NCBI RefSeq assembly: GCF_004010195.1
Contig: NC_057719.1
Span: 1,193,941-1,239,816, forward strand
Direction of reading: 5' to 3'
Origin: Chiloscyllium plagiosum
Lineage: Eukaryota
Length of the DNA: 45,876 bases
The notes below the pieces were generated by a model, which was given only the letters and a program-made list of their open reading frames with translations, ran no database searches and was not told the origin of the DNA. The translations under genes and the position numbers were made by a program. Position 1 is the stretch's first letter. Each line of letters begins with the position of its first letter. Below are positions 23,105 through 35,476 of the stretch, piece by piece.

Positions 23105-23790
23105 GGTCAGGAGTTTGTAGGGGGTGGTGTTCCCATGTATCTCCTGCCCTTGTCCTTCTAGATGTGAGTGGCTGTGGGTTTGGAAGGTGCTGCCTGAGGG
23201 TCTTTGGTGAGTTTCTGCAGTGGGTCTTGTAGATGGTACACACTGCTGTTACTGAGTGTCGGTGGTGGAGGGAGGGGGTGTTTGTGAATGTGGGGCCAAT
23301 CAAGTGGCTGCTTTGTCCTAGATGGTGCAAGCTCCTTGAGTGATGTTGGAGCTGCCCCCATCCAGGGCAAGTGGGGAGGATTCCCTCACACTCCTGACTT
23401 GTGCCTTGTAGATGGTGGACAGGCTTTGGGGAGTCAGGAGGTGAGTTACTCCCCGCAGTATTCCCAGTCTCTGACCTGCTCTTGCAGCCACTATGTTTAT
23501 GTGGTGAGTCCAGTTGAGTTTCTGTTCAATGGGGGATTCAGCGATGGTAACACCACTGAATGTCAAGGGGCAATGGTTGGATTGTGTCTTACTGGAGATG
23601 GCCATAGCCTGACATTTGTGTGGGGCGAGTGTCACTTGCCACTTGTCAGCACAAGCCTGGATATTGTCAAGGTATTGCTGCATTTGAACATAGACTGCTT
23701 CAGTATCTGAGGAGTCAGGAATGGTGCTGGACATTGGGCAACCATCGGTGAGCATCTCCACTTCTGACCTTCTGATGGAGGGATGACAAG
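23105..23790 (-). mobile_element. LINE (CR1/L2 group) RT C-terminus and 3' UTR
   Basis: LDNIQACADKWQVTLAPHKC..RAGQRLGILRGVTHLLTPQSLSTIYKAQVRS. Same family as 32020-32620. Confidence 0.8.
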
Positions 23791-25489
23791 GGGAATTTTT
23801 TTTAACACAAGTTGTGATCTGGAACGTGTCACCATGCCTTCACTCACCCCCACCCCATCTCAGTGAGTGGTGTGAATTGTTAAAAAAAGCTAAGCTCCCA
23901 GCACAGACCCCTGTGAGACTGCACTCATCACGTTCAGCTGGTCAGACAGTGACCCAAGTGTGTATACACTCTGTTTTCCAGTCTTCGATACATAGTAGTA
24001 CCTTAACCCCACACCATTTGCTTTCACTTTGCCCAATAACCTTTGATGTGCCGAGTGCCAGTTGGAAATCCAAATCCATCTGCTAGTTCCCTTTGACCTA
24101 CAGTGCCTGCCTGCTGCCCCAGCACAGAGAGACAGATAACTGGTTCAACACTAGTTCCCCCTCACCAAACCCTTCTGACCCCGTCAGTTACCTCCGGCAG
24201 ATTCTTCATGGACTCCGTGTCCGGTGGAATCGCACGGAAGTCCAGCGAGGACTATCTCGATGCTGGAAATATCTTGTTTCACCGTTGATGTTTTTCCCAG
24301 GTGCTGTGGGATTATTGCCTGCCAGCCTGTCTGTTAATGTCATAGTTCACCTCATTAACCTCCAGCTTCCTGTCTGACCAAACTCACCAAACAGACTTGA
24401 TGTTGCGGGTACCTGGAGGATTCAGATCGCTGCTCCCTCTAAATGCCCTCCATGTTGGATACTGGGCACCAACGTCTCAGGGCAGGGCCCATCGGCACCG
24501 CCCACCCACACCCGACATACAGAGACGTTGGTGTCTGACATGTGTCAGACTCCCACGGCCCATCTCTGATCCACTCAGAGGACACTCTGCCCTTCAGTGC
24601 TGGCCCTCAGTGCTGCTTGGGTAACTCTCACTGCGACAAGGATTGTGTGTGCGCAGGAACACCACACCCCCACTTCCCCCCGCTTCCCCACTCCCCAAGC
24701 CCCCACCTTAGGGGCTATACCGGGCTGTATCTCCTCACTCACTGTCACAACGCTCACTCACTCTGACTCTCACAGCCACCCCCTCCTCCTGAGGCTTCAC
24801 CCCCTTTGCCAATAATACCAGGCTGACTCTCCTTCTGCCCTGCCTGGCCATTTAGTGCAGACACTCAGGCTCAGGGGATCGCAGCACAGGGCAGCAAGAC
24901 AAGGGCAGCTTCCACCACTGGTCCAGGGGCTTGGACATGGTCAGGGTCAGGAGGGGGTCCATTCTGGGGCCTGAGGAGCAGAATGTCAGGGAGCTCAGCA
25001 CTGACAGTGACTCCCTCTACCCCGTTGCAGAGGGGTGGGGGGGGGGGGGTGGTCTGTCTACTGGAATAAGAGAGAGGGCGAGGTGTTTACGGGAGACGAA
25101 AGTTGGTGCAGGGGGTAAGGTGTCTGAGTGAGTGAGTGGGCAGCGCAGAGGGCACACACGGGTGGGTGACAGCGAGTGAGGGAAGGTGTTCAGGTGATAG
25201 TGAGTTTGGCATGGGCCCGCGTGGGAGATAGGACAGTGGCCAAGATAGAGTGAGTGTGAGGTATTGGGGAGAAGATGGTGTCACTCACCCTCGCATAGTG
25301 CAACATCAGGAGCCTGCAGACTCACTGTACTCATCTGGGTACACAATGAGACTTTAAAGATGGTGTGTGCCATCCAAGGGATACCCCAGGGAAAGGGGGG
25401 GGGGAATATCTACTGAGTGGCAGGTTATCCTGACAATAGTATGTAATCAAATAGATTTGAGGGGCATCAGAGGAACAGAATGGGTGGTT

Positions 25490-25832
25490 AATCATAGAAT
25501 CCTGACAGTGCGGAAGCAGCCAATTCAGCCCATCAAGCCCACACCAACCCTCCGAAGAGGATCCCACCCACCCCAACACACAACCCTGCATTTCCCATGG
25601 CCATCCCACCTAACCTTCCCATTCCTGAACATATGGGACAATTTAGCATGGACAATCCACCCTGATCTGCACATCTTTAGGGAGGGAGGAAACCGGAGCA
25701 CCCGGAGGAAACCTACGCAGACACGGGGAGAATGTGCAAACTCCACACAGAGAGTCAACCGAGGCTGGAATTGAACCTGGGCCCTTGGTGCTGTGAGGCA
25801 GCAGTGCTAACCACTGAGCCACCGTGCCGCCC
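25490..25832 (-). mobile_element. HE1-type SINE
   Basis: Minus-strand head gggcggcacggtggctcagtggttagc, with A and B boxes. Confidence 0.9.
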
Positions 25833-26179
25833 CTAACTGAGGTGAGTTAATGAGGTGAGCTTGGTCAGATACAGCAAGGCGGCTCTCTGGCCCTCATGAC
25901 AGAAATCCTTCCAAAAAACCCAGTAAAGCTCAGCCTTCTAAAGAAAAAACCCAAGATACAACCCCTTCTGGGTTTGCTGAGGCCCATCTAGAGCTCCATT
26001 GCTGACTGATTTGGGCACCTCCACATCACAAATGTCAGTGACATTAATCTGTAGTTTCTTGTCACCGACCTCCATCCTTTCAGAGATACCTTTGGATATT
26101 TGCTACTTTCCAGAGTTGAGTGAATTTTCTGGGAATGTTTGGGAGCTACATGTGGCTGTGGAGTCACAGGGAGCCAAGG

Positions 26180-26750
26180 TCAGAAGTCACACCACACCAG
26201 GTTACAGTCCAACAGGTTTATTTGAAATCACAAGCTTTCAGAGCGCTGCTCCTTCATTGGGTGAAGTGACGAGAGGTACACAGGCACAGAATTTATAAAG
26301 TTAAAAATCACGCAACACCAGGTTATAGTCCAACAATTTATTTCAAAGCACTAACCACCTGATGAAAGAGTGATGCTCCGAAAGCTAGTGCTTCCATATG
26401 AACCTGTTGGACTATAACCTGGTGAGGTGTGATTTTTAACTTTGTCCACCCCAGTCCTACACCGGCTCCTCCACCTCACGGAACTTATAATCAGAGAGAT
26501 CGAAAGATCAAACAACTGGTGTGGTTGGAGGTGAATGTCAGGTGAAGGGGTGACCTATATTCTGATTAATTGAGGCAGAGAGATAATTACAAAAGAAATG
26601 AAAATAAGGTGGTGCTGGAGACAAACTAAACGGCTGGAATAACATGATGGGAATAAGAGTCAGATGCCAAGGGTCTAGCCAAAGTAACAAGTAATCCAAA
26701 ACTGTACAAACTAATTAAGGCAGAGAGATCAGGGGGCCAAACCCTAGGGT
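26180..26750 (-). mobile_element. Older Penelope-like pLTR related to family D, with a degenerate HHR at 26230-26264
   Basis: acaccaggttacagtccaacaggtttattt...agctttcagagcgctgctccttcat resembles 20050-20115. The right boundary is uncertain. Confidence 0.55.
26299..26476 (+). mobile_element. ~180-bp palindromic PLE mini-element centred on an HHR (26355-26390)
   Basis: Inverted arms 26297-26353 and 26385-26442, TSD cacagaatttataa/cacggaacttataa (12 of 14 match), and the same two ends as 20034-22512. Confidence 0.8.
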
Positions 26751-27387
26751 AGGTCTTCCAGAGAGCTAGTACAGAGAGGGAGGACTGAATGGCCTCATTC
26801 TGAGCTGCTGTATGAATGCCGGGTGAGACAGGACAGCGTTATTCTGCTGCAGACTGTGAGGTTGATCCCAACACAATTCACTGTCTGATCCTTATCAAGG
26901 TTTAACAGAGAAACCGTGCCTCTCAGACGCAGCTTAATTGACCACCTACACACAGTAAGTGGTGTTGTTTCTTTTTAAATTAATTCCAGGAATATCATAT
27001 TGAAATCCTGTTTTTAAAATGAACTAATCCACTTGCTCTTTTACTGTGGTGAACCTCCTACCTTTTGATTGCTCTCCGAATAAACAAGTCACAAGCAGGG
27101 TTGAATGTAAGAGCTGGATATGAAAGGTCACAGCAGTTAGTGGGGACCCAGGCTGCACTCAGGGTGTCTGCAGCAAGACTCTCCCAAGCTGCAGTTATAC
27201 CCAGGGCCTCGGAGATGGACAGGATTCTGAACATTGCTGCATTTGTTAATCAGTGAGATTAAAACCTGCATTTATATAGCTCCAACCATACAGGTCAGGG
27301 CTCCCAAAGCAATTTCAGGGTGTTCATAATGGTAGGCAGCTGTGACACCAAGTTGATAAAGGCCACATTAACCTTAACCATGGGAAG

Positions 27388-27670
27388 GTGTAGAAGGAGC
27401 TTTACTCTGTATCTAACCCCGTGCTGACCCTGTCCTGGGACTGTTTGATGGGGACAGTGTAGAGGGAGTTTTACTCTGTATGTAACCCCGTGCTGTCCCT
27501 GTCCTGGGAGAGTTTGATGGGGACAGTGTAGAGGGAGCTTTACTCTGTATCTAACCCTAAGCTGCACTTTCAGGTTAAAAGAGGAGAGGGAGCTTCATAT
27601 TGTATCTAATCCCATCCTATACCTGTCTTGATTGTGTTTGTTGGGAACAGTGTAGTGGGAGCACTGCTTG
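27388..27670. repeat. 69-bp minisatellite
   Basis: gtgtagagggagctttactctgtatctaaccccgtgctg... at 27388, 27457 and 27526, with decayed copies out to about 27900. Confidence 0.88.
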
Positions 27671-28049
27671 CAGATTATAAGAGTAGAGGATGCTTTACTT
27701 TCAGTTTAAATGTGTTGAGGAACCTTTCCTTTACCTCAGCCTCTTGTCCTGGAAGTATTTGGTGATAGCACTGTCGAGAAAGCATGACTTTAATTTTATG
27801 AAAATGTAGAGGAAGCTTTCCTCTGTCTGGAACCTTTCCTCTGTCTGGAACCCTCGAGCTGTCCCTGGGGTAAATGATTGGGACAGTGTAGATGGAGGTA
27901 TAACACAGTGTTCCTGGATCACTGCCAAACCCATTTATTTAGAGCACCATGATAAATTGTTAAATTAGTCAACTAAATCTGTGTTCTCCTACCCTCTTGC
28001 TCCTTATATATGTCCAAAACACCATGAGGTTTTTCCTAAATCCTGTTAG

Positions 28050-29305
28050 CCAAAAGCATTTCATGGCTGCTTTTTACCTTCCTAATTCTTTGTTTGAGTT
28101 ATTTCCTGCTTTCTTTCTTATTTAAGGACTCTGTCTGCCCTCAGTTTCTGAAACCTTACTGACTGAGCTCTCACCTTCTTGTCATCCAAGATTTCCGGAT
28201 CTTGCCATCCTTACAGAACATAGAACATATCCTTCATTTTCGCAGGAACATGCTGGTTCTGAACTCTAATCAACTGGCCTTTAAAAGATTCCCACTTGAT
28301 AGATTTGAATTTACCCTCAAACAGCTGCCCCCGCCTCCCCCAATCCACATTCCCCAGTTCCTGCCTAATATTGTTGTATTTAGCCTTGCCCCAATTTAAT
28401 ACTTTCACCTGAGAACTACTCTTTACCTTAACCATAAGTAACTTAAAACTTACAGAATTATGATTACTGTTCCCCCACTGAAACTTCGATCACCTGGCTG
28501 GGCTCTAGTCTGGCCTCTTTCCTGGTTGGACTATTTGCATGTTGTTTTAAGAAAACTATCCTGGACATACCTTACAAATTCTGCCCCGTCTGAGGCACCA
28601 TGTGAGTCTTATTTAAATATTGGGGAAGTTAAAATCCCCCTCCGCATCAACCCTGCTGTCTTTCCAGTTTTCCATTATCCTCCAACCACACTGCATCACC
28701 ATCGTCTTCACCAGTTTCCTCATCTCTCCTCCCCCCACTTCATCCCAGACCCAACCCTCCAACTTGGCACCGCTCTCTTGAATTGCCTCAACTGCCCTCT
28801 TCCTTCCCACCTATCCACTCCACCCTCCTCTCTGACCTATCACAATCATCCCCCCCCACCTTCATCTACCTATCGCCTTCCCAGCTACCTGCCCCAGCCC
28901 CACCTCCACCCTCCAATTTATCTCTCAGCCCCCTTCTCTACCCCAACATTCCTGATGAAGGGGTTCTGCCCGAAACATCCATTCTCCTGCTCCTCGGATG
29001 CTGCCTGACCTGCTGTGCTTTTCCAGCACCACACTCTCGACTCTGACTCTCCAACATCTGCAGTCCTCTCTTTCTCCATTTTTTCCACAGTCTGTCCACA
29101 GATCTGTTCCTCCATTTCCCATTGGTTGTTGGGAGGCCTGTTGTACAGCCCCATCAAAGTGATTGCAGCCATCCGACTGCTGAGCTCTATCCATAATGCC
29201 TTACAGGATGAGCCCTCCAAGATGTCCTCCCTCAGTACAGCTCTGACATTCTCCCTCATCAGTACCGCACCTCACCTACGCCCCTCTCTATCTCGCCTGA
29301 AACAT
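28050..29305 (-). mobile_element. CR1 ORF2 endonuclease region, interrupted by a PLE
   Basis: ALWIEL..ITLMGLYNRPPN, GDFNFPNI and VKVLNWGKAKYNNIRQEL. Confidence 0.8.
28680..29077 (+). mobile_element. Penelope-like pLTR (family A) with an HHR at 28948-28982
   Basis: CUGAUGA-A-GGGG-uucu-GCCC-GAA-ACAU-C, followed by the family A terminus. Confidence 0.75.
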
Positions 29306-29799
29306 TGCATACCCTACATTATTTTGAATTTGAATTTGAATCATTTGTTGTCACATATATTTAACATAAAATACAGCGACAAGTTTAAACTGTTGCCAAG
29401 CATTGGCACCATTTTGAGTAACTTAAAAATTAAAAAAGAACTTAAAAGCTGCCGTCAAAAAGCTCCCTCCTCACTGCTGCTGTCAGAGTCCCACTCCATA
29501 CTTCACCAGGCGGCTGACTCTGTAGCTACTTTGCCTCCAGGACTCGGGCCTACACCACCACCGTCCCTAAAACCACCTTTGAAGCTGCTGCTGCTCTGGA
29601 TCCCATCGAAGACACCTTCCTACTGAACTCTCCTCAGAAGGTAAGTTAAAGCAAAAACTAACAAAAAAGGAAAAAGAAAATGAGAAAAGAAGAAGGAAAG
29701 CAGAGAGAGGGGACGATTCCCAGCCTCAGCAGCCTGGACGCTGCCTACTCCGTCACCACCATCTTGGAAAGGCTTGGCTGTCAGTCTTCTCCCTCTCAC

Positions 29800-30810
29800 A
29801 ACCAAGTTTGTGTAATATCCACAACATCATAGCTATATGTATTAACCCAAGCTTTAAGCTCATCCGCCTGACCTGTCATAGTCCTCACATGAAAACAAAC
29901 ACACCTCAGACGGCTCATGTTCATTAATCTCTTCCTGTCTGTTTTTCCACTCAGCTGTACTGACCTTCATTTCTGACTCCTCCTCGGTTATTTCACTTGC
30001 CCACTGCTCTGGTTCCCGCTCCCCTGCCACACTAGTTTAAACGCTGCCAGTGGCACTGCCAGGGTATTGGTGCCCCTCCAGTTTAGGTGCAGCCCATCCT
30101 TCTTGTCCAGGTCTCACCTGCCCCAGAAAACATCCCCAATGATCCACAGACTTCAAGCCCTCCCTCCTACACCAGCTCTTCAGCCATGTATTTTACTGTA
30201 CTGCTTTCTGATTCCTAACTTCACTGGATCGTAGCGCAGGAAGTAACCCAGGGATTACAACCCTTGATGTCCTGATTTTCAACTTCCTCTCTAACTCCTT
30301 GATCTCTCTTTCTGTCTGTTTTGTTGGTACCAATCTGGAGAATCACCTCTAGCTGCTCCTCCTCCTCCTTCAGAATATCCTGTCCCCGCTCAGAGACATC
30401 CTTGATCCTGACAGTGGGAAGGCAACACACCATCTTGGAATCTCGCTCACGGTCACAGAAACACCTCCCTGTGCCCCTGATGATAGAGACTCCTATCACT
30501 GCTGCTCACCCACACTTCAACCCTCCCTGCAGAGGCAATCACGGTGCCACTGACTTGGCTGCTGCTGCTTTCCCCAGGGGCCATTCCCCCCATCAGTATC
30601 CAAAATGATATCCCTATTTGAGAGGGGGATGGCCACAGGGGACCCCTGGACTGCCTGACCCACTTACCAGTCTTCCTGGTGGTCACCCAGCTCTCTTCTC
30701 TCTGTGTAGCCCCTTCCTAGTGGTGTGACCAGCTGACTAAATGTGATAGCCATCCTACACTCAGCCTCATGGATGCTCCATAATGAGTCCGTCTGCAACT
30801 CCAGGCGCTC
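29800..30810 (-). mobile_element. CR1 ORF1 remnant (SGNH esterase-like)
   Basis: IGVSIIRGTGRCFC..MVCCLPTVRIKDVSER..VILQIGTN matches the GDS..R / HIGTND blocks of CR1 ORF1. Confidence 0.8.
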
Positions 30811-30820
30811 CATACAGCAA

Positions 30821-30925
30821 GGAGAAAGTGAGGACTGCAGATGCTGGAGATCAGAGCTGAAAATGTGTTGCTGGAAAAGCGCAGCAGGTCAGGCAGCATC
30901 CAAGGAGCAGGAGAATCGACGTTTC
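30821..30925 (-). mobile_element. PLE family A terminus truncated within the HHR
   Basis: Near-identical to 37460-37565. Only CGAAACGUC of the ribozyme remains. Confidence 0.75.
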
Positions 30926-31883
30926 GTCGCAAATCAGGAGCTGCAGCTGAACACACTTCCTGTTTACGGAGTCACCATGGAGACTGGGAGTGTCCCTGTT
31001 TTCCCACCTGGTGCAGGAGGAGTCGTCCCATAGGGTTGGGTTCTCCATGATCCTTACAGATGACAGACAGCCCTCGAGGAACTGATGACACGCCCTTTCC
31101 CACTTGTCACCAAACTCTGGCCTCTCACTCCCGTTGTGTATTCTAAGCAGACTACGCCCACAGAAAGTCAGCACTTTATCCCACTCCAGATACTCAGTCT
31201 GCAAACCTGGTTCCTGAGCAACCAAGCCTATACCCATAATCCCCCTCAGTCATGGTGGATAAGCCAACTTCTCCCAGAATCCTCCTCAGTTGCCCGCTCA
31301 ACCCAGACCCCTCAGGTAAACTCCACCTGGACCTGAAAAATTGTCAGTCCCCACCAATTCCCTGGTGATTGCAATTTCACCGAGTTTCCCTTCTTCCTTC
31401 AACCCTCCAGATTTTCAGATATTAGTGATTTGTATCCTCTATGGTGAAGACAAAATGCAAAATATTTATTCATTGCATCTGCCATTTCCTTACTACTGCA
31501 TTCTCAGTCCCTGGAGAACCAGCATTCACTTTACTTTCCTGTTTATTTTGGCAACGTTTGCTGGCAACCGTCAACTTTGGGCAACTTATTCACACGTGCT
31601 AACCCGGAAACACCAACACGCATGTTCCAGACATTACATCAGCACATAGAACACACATGAGGTAGCACACATAAACACTGCACTGCGCACCCGCACTGAG
31701 ATGGGATTTGGTGGCAGGGAGTTAGGATGTGGGCGGTGGGACTCTGAGGGAGAGCAGAGAATCGGATTGGGGGGAGGGGAGAGTGAATCATGGGGTTTGG
31801 CAGGGAGGGGGTGAGTGAGAATGGGGGTGGGAGGTGCTGCAAACACAGCCTTCTCTTTTCAGAAACTTGTGGAAGCACTTACT

Positions 31884-32010
31884 GAGTTCTGAAGAAGGGT
31901 CACTGAACTCGAAATGTTAACTCTGCTTTCTCTCCACAAATACTGCCAGACCTGCTGAGTTTCTCCAGCAATTTTGTTTCAGATTCCCAGCATTTGTAAT
32001 TCTTTGTTTT
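31884..32010 (+). mobile_element. PLE family B terminus starting at an HHR (31884-31923)
   Basis: GAGUU-CUGAAGA-A-GGGUc-acug-aACUC-GAA-AUGU-U|AACUC, with a 5-bp stem I. Confidence 0.7.
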
Positions 32011-32019
32011 ACTTTAGTG

Positions 32020-32620
32020 TGAAGCATTGACCAGAAACTGAACTGGAATAGTTACATAAACACCGTGCCTACAAGAGCAGGTTAGAGGTTAGGAATCCTG
32101 CAGCGAGTAACTCATCTCCTGACCCCCCCAAAGCCTGTCCACCATCTACAAGGCACAAGTCAGGAGTGTGATGGAATCCTCCCCACTTGCCCTGGATGGG
32201 GGCAGCTCCAACAACACTCAAGAAGCTTGATTGGCACCACATCCACAAACATGCCCTCCCTCTAACACTGATGCACAGTAGCAGCAGGGTGTACTATCTA
32301 CAAGATGCACTGCAGAAACTCACCAATTATCCTCCGACAACACCTTCCAAACCCATGGCCACTTCCATCTAGAAGGACAAGGGCAGCAGATACATGGGAA
32401 CACCACCCCATGCAAGTTGCCCCCAAGCCACTCACCATCCCGACTTGGAAATACATCGCCCTTCCTTCAGTGTCACTGGGTCAGAATCGTGGAATTCCCT
32501 CCCCAAAGGCATTACACAGTATTTATATCACATTGCCTGCAATGGTTTAAGAAGGCAGTTCACCCCCATTTTCTCCAGGGCAAAGGGACGGGCAATAGCA
32601 TCCCACGAATTAATAAATAA
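32020..32620 (+). mobile_element. LINE (CR1/L2 group) 3' part
   Basis: Homologous to 23105-23530; ends in aataaataaa. Confidence 0.8.
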
Positions 32621-32874
32621 AAGCAGAATCGAACAACGTGTTGTCTGGGATGGAAGTAATGAAAACATGTTTCACGCTATTGATCTCATGGAAAACATCA
32701 AAATCATCTACCTGTCCAAATTGTTTGCAAAAATTCAAAGGATCTGCCTTTTGAAAATTGGTGACCGTTTGTTATTGGCTCAGGGGCAAGTGGTCATGTG
32801 CAAAACAGGAGGCCAAAAGATGTAGGAGCTGAAATATTCAGCTGGTGGAGTCTGCTCTATCACTCAATGAGATC

Positions 32875-33255
32875 ATTCTGGTCTCCATCCTATCAGAAAG
32901 ATGTTGTGAAACTTGAAAGGGTTCAGAAAAGATTTACAAGGATGTTGCCAGGGTTGGAGGATCTGAGCTACAAGGAGAGGCTGAACAGGCTGGGGCTGTT
33001 TTCCCTGGAGCGTCGGAGGCTGAGGGGTGACCTTATAGAGGTTTACAAAATTATGAGGGGCATGGATAGAGTAAATAGACAAAGTCTTTTAGCAACATTT
33101 AAAAGGCATTTGGATGGGTATATGAATAGGAAGGGTTTGGAGGGATATGGGCAGGGTGCTGGCAAGTGGGACTAGATTGGGTTGGGATATCTGGTCGGCA
33201 TGGACGGGTTGGACCAAAGGGTATATTTCCATGCTGTACATCTCTATGACTCTAT
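32875..33255 (+). mobile_element. CR1 3' end with an internal deletion
   Basis: FWSPSYQKDVVKLERVQKRFTRMLPGL..RLRGDLIEVYKIM and a tctatgac tail. Confidence 0.9.
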
Positions 33256-33269
33256 GGTTTATTTAATAA

Positions 33270-34165
33270 ACCTCAATTCCATTTTCCTGCCCTTTCCCCA
33301 TAACTCTCAATTCTGTTACTGATTAAACCTCTCTCTCTCTCAGCCTTGAATATCCTGAATGCCCCAGTCTCGACAGCCCTCTGTGGGAAAGAATTCCACA
33401 GATTCACTCCCCTCAGAGAGAAGAAATCTCTCCTCATCTTTGTCTGAGATGTGTGACTCTCTATTCTGAGATGATACCCTCTGGTCCACACCAAGAAAAA
33501 CAACCTCTCCACATCTCCCTTGTCATATCCCCTAAAAACCTTGTCTGTTTCAATAAGGTCTCCTCTCATTCTCCACAACTCCAATGAGTACAGGCCCAAT
33601 CCACTCAATCTCTCCTCATACCTTCTCTGGATATTCCTCCAAAGCCAATCTATCTTTCCTTAGGCAAGGGACTAGTATTCCAGCTGACTAGTACCTTGCG
33701 TAGTTTTAGCAAAACTTTCCTATTTTTATACTCCTTTTTTTTCGAAATGTAAAATAACTTCATTTGTCTTCCCTGTTACTGCAGAGAATCATGGAGATGT
33801 ACAGCATAGAAACAGAGCCTTCGGTCCAACTCATCCATGCTGACCAGATATCCTAAACCTAATCTAGTCCCTTTTGCCAGCACTTGGCCCATATCCGTCC
33901 AAACCCTTCCTATTCAAATAGCCATCCAGATGCCATTTAAATGCTCTAACTGTATCAGCCTCCACCACCTAATTACCAGTTGTACCTGCAGACCAACCTT
34001 CTGTGATTCATGCACAAGGACACCCAGGTCCCTCTCCATAGCAGCATGCTGCAACCTCTTACCATTCAAGTAACAGTCCTTTTTAACGGTTACTCCTACC
34101 GGAATGGATGACTTTACATTTATTAACATTGTATTCCATCTACCAGACCATTGCCTACTCACTTA
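33270..34165 (-). mobile_element. Cluster of CR1 3' fragments
   Basis: LGLYSLELWRMRGDLIE and ERDLGVLVHESQKV, with a CR1 tail at 33785-33965. Confidence 0.8.
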
Positions 34166-34671
34166 TGGTCACAATAATGAGGGTTGTGATAGTAGAAGCT
34201 TTCAACTTTAGAGTGAGACTGCCAGTGTTAAGGGCTTGGATGGGGAGAAATTTCTTAAATGTGTTCAAGAAAATTTTCTTTATCAATATGTATCTCCTAG
34301 AGAAGGAGCAACACTTGACCATCTCTTGGAAAATAAGACAGAGCAGGTGGCTGAAGTATTAGTGGGGGAGCACTTTGGGACCAGTGGTCATAATCCTATT
34401 ACTTTTACAATAGTTATGGAAAAGGACAAGCCTTGTATTGAAGTTCTAAACTGAAGGCCACGTTTTGCTCCTTCTGTAGTCGGGTACCTATTGATTAAAC
34501 AAGTCCAATTTGATGGTACCAGACAGGAACATTCAGAAGTTAATTGGGGAGGCTGTTCGCAGGTCAAGGAATGACTGGTGAGCGGTAGGTTTTCAAAAGT
34601 GAGATAACAAAAGTTTTGAGACTGCATGTTCCTGTTAAAGTGAAGGACAAATATGATAGGAGTAGGGAACA

Positions 34672-35476
34672 AGTTTTGAGAAGATTTGTAGCTCAGGTTG
34701 AGGTTCTGGATGTGGGCTTGCTCGCTGAGCTGGAGGGTTCATTTCCTGGCATCATTGCCAGACTACTCAGACCTCTTGGCATCATGGTAGCCCACAAACC
34801 CACCAACACACTAAAACAGCAGCTAATGAACTTGAAAGACCCTATACAGACAACAAGCAAAACTAATGTCATTTACAAAATACCGTGCAACGACTGTAAC
34901 AAACACTACATTGGACAAACAGGAAGAAAACTAACCACCAGGCTACATGAACACCAACTAGCCACGAAAAGACATGACCCTCTCTCACTAATATCCTCAC
35001 ATACAGATGAGGAAGGACACCACTTCGATTGGGACAACACAAACAGAGAGATGCACGAGAAATCCTAAAAGCATGGCATTCCAACCAGAACTCTATCAAC
35101 AAACACATTGAGTTAGACCCCATCTACCACCCCCTGAGAAAAGGAACAGGAAATAGCATCACCCACAGGAAATAATGTCACCAGCCCAAGGAAACCCAAA
35201 CACATAAATAAAAAGTGGGCCATACCACCAGTGCTTCATCTGGAGGCTCACTGATGATGTTACCTAGTATGGTGACGAAACACCCCTGAGAAAAGGAACA
35301 GGAAATAGCATCACCCACAGGAAATAATGTCGCCAGCCCAAGGAAACCCAAACACATAAATAAAAAGTGGGCCATACCACCAGTGCTTCAGCTGGAGGTT
35401 CACTGATGATGTTACCTAGTATGGTGACGAAACATCTGAAAATGGACCTTTCAGCTCAGCGAGCAAACCTACATCC
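34672..35476 (+). mobile_element. Penelope-like element (family C): inverted 5' pLTR piece, GIY-YIG and tandem HHR repeats
   Basis: 14-bp TSD aggagtagggaaca at 34658-34671 and 35477-35490, and NVIYKIPCNDCNKHYIGQTGRKLTTRLHEH. The segment 34705-34744 is inverted relative to 35440-35478. Confidence 0.92.
35399..35440 (+). ncRNA. Minimal hammerhead motif (family C); a truncated sister copy lies at 35248-35282
   Basis: UUCA-CUGAUGA-U-GUUACC-uaguau-GGUGAC-GAA-ACAU-C|UGAA, with a 4-bp stem I. Confidence 0.72.

Noticed and set aside
29015..29626. 203-aa ORF
   Set aside because: It spans a PLE end, antisense CR1 and low-complexity sequence, so it is a chance frame.
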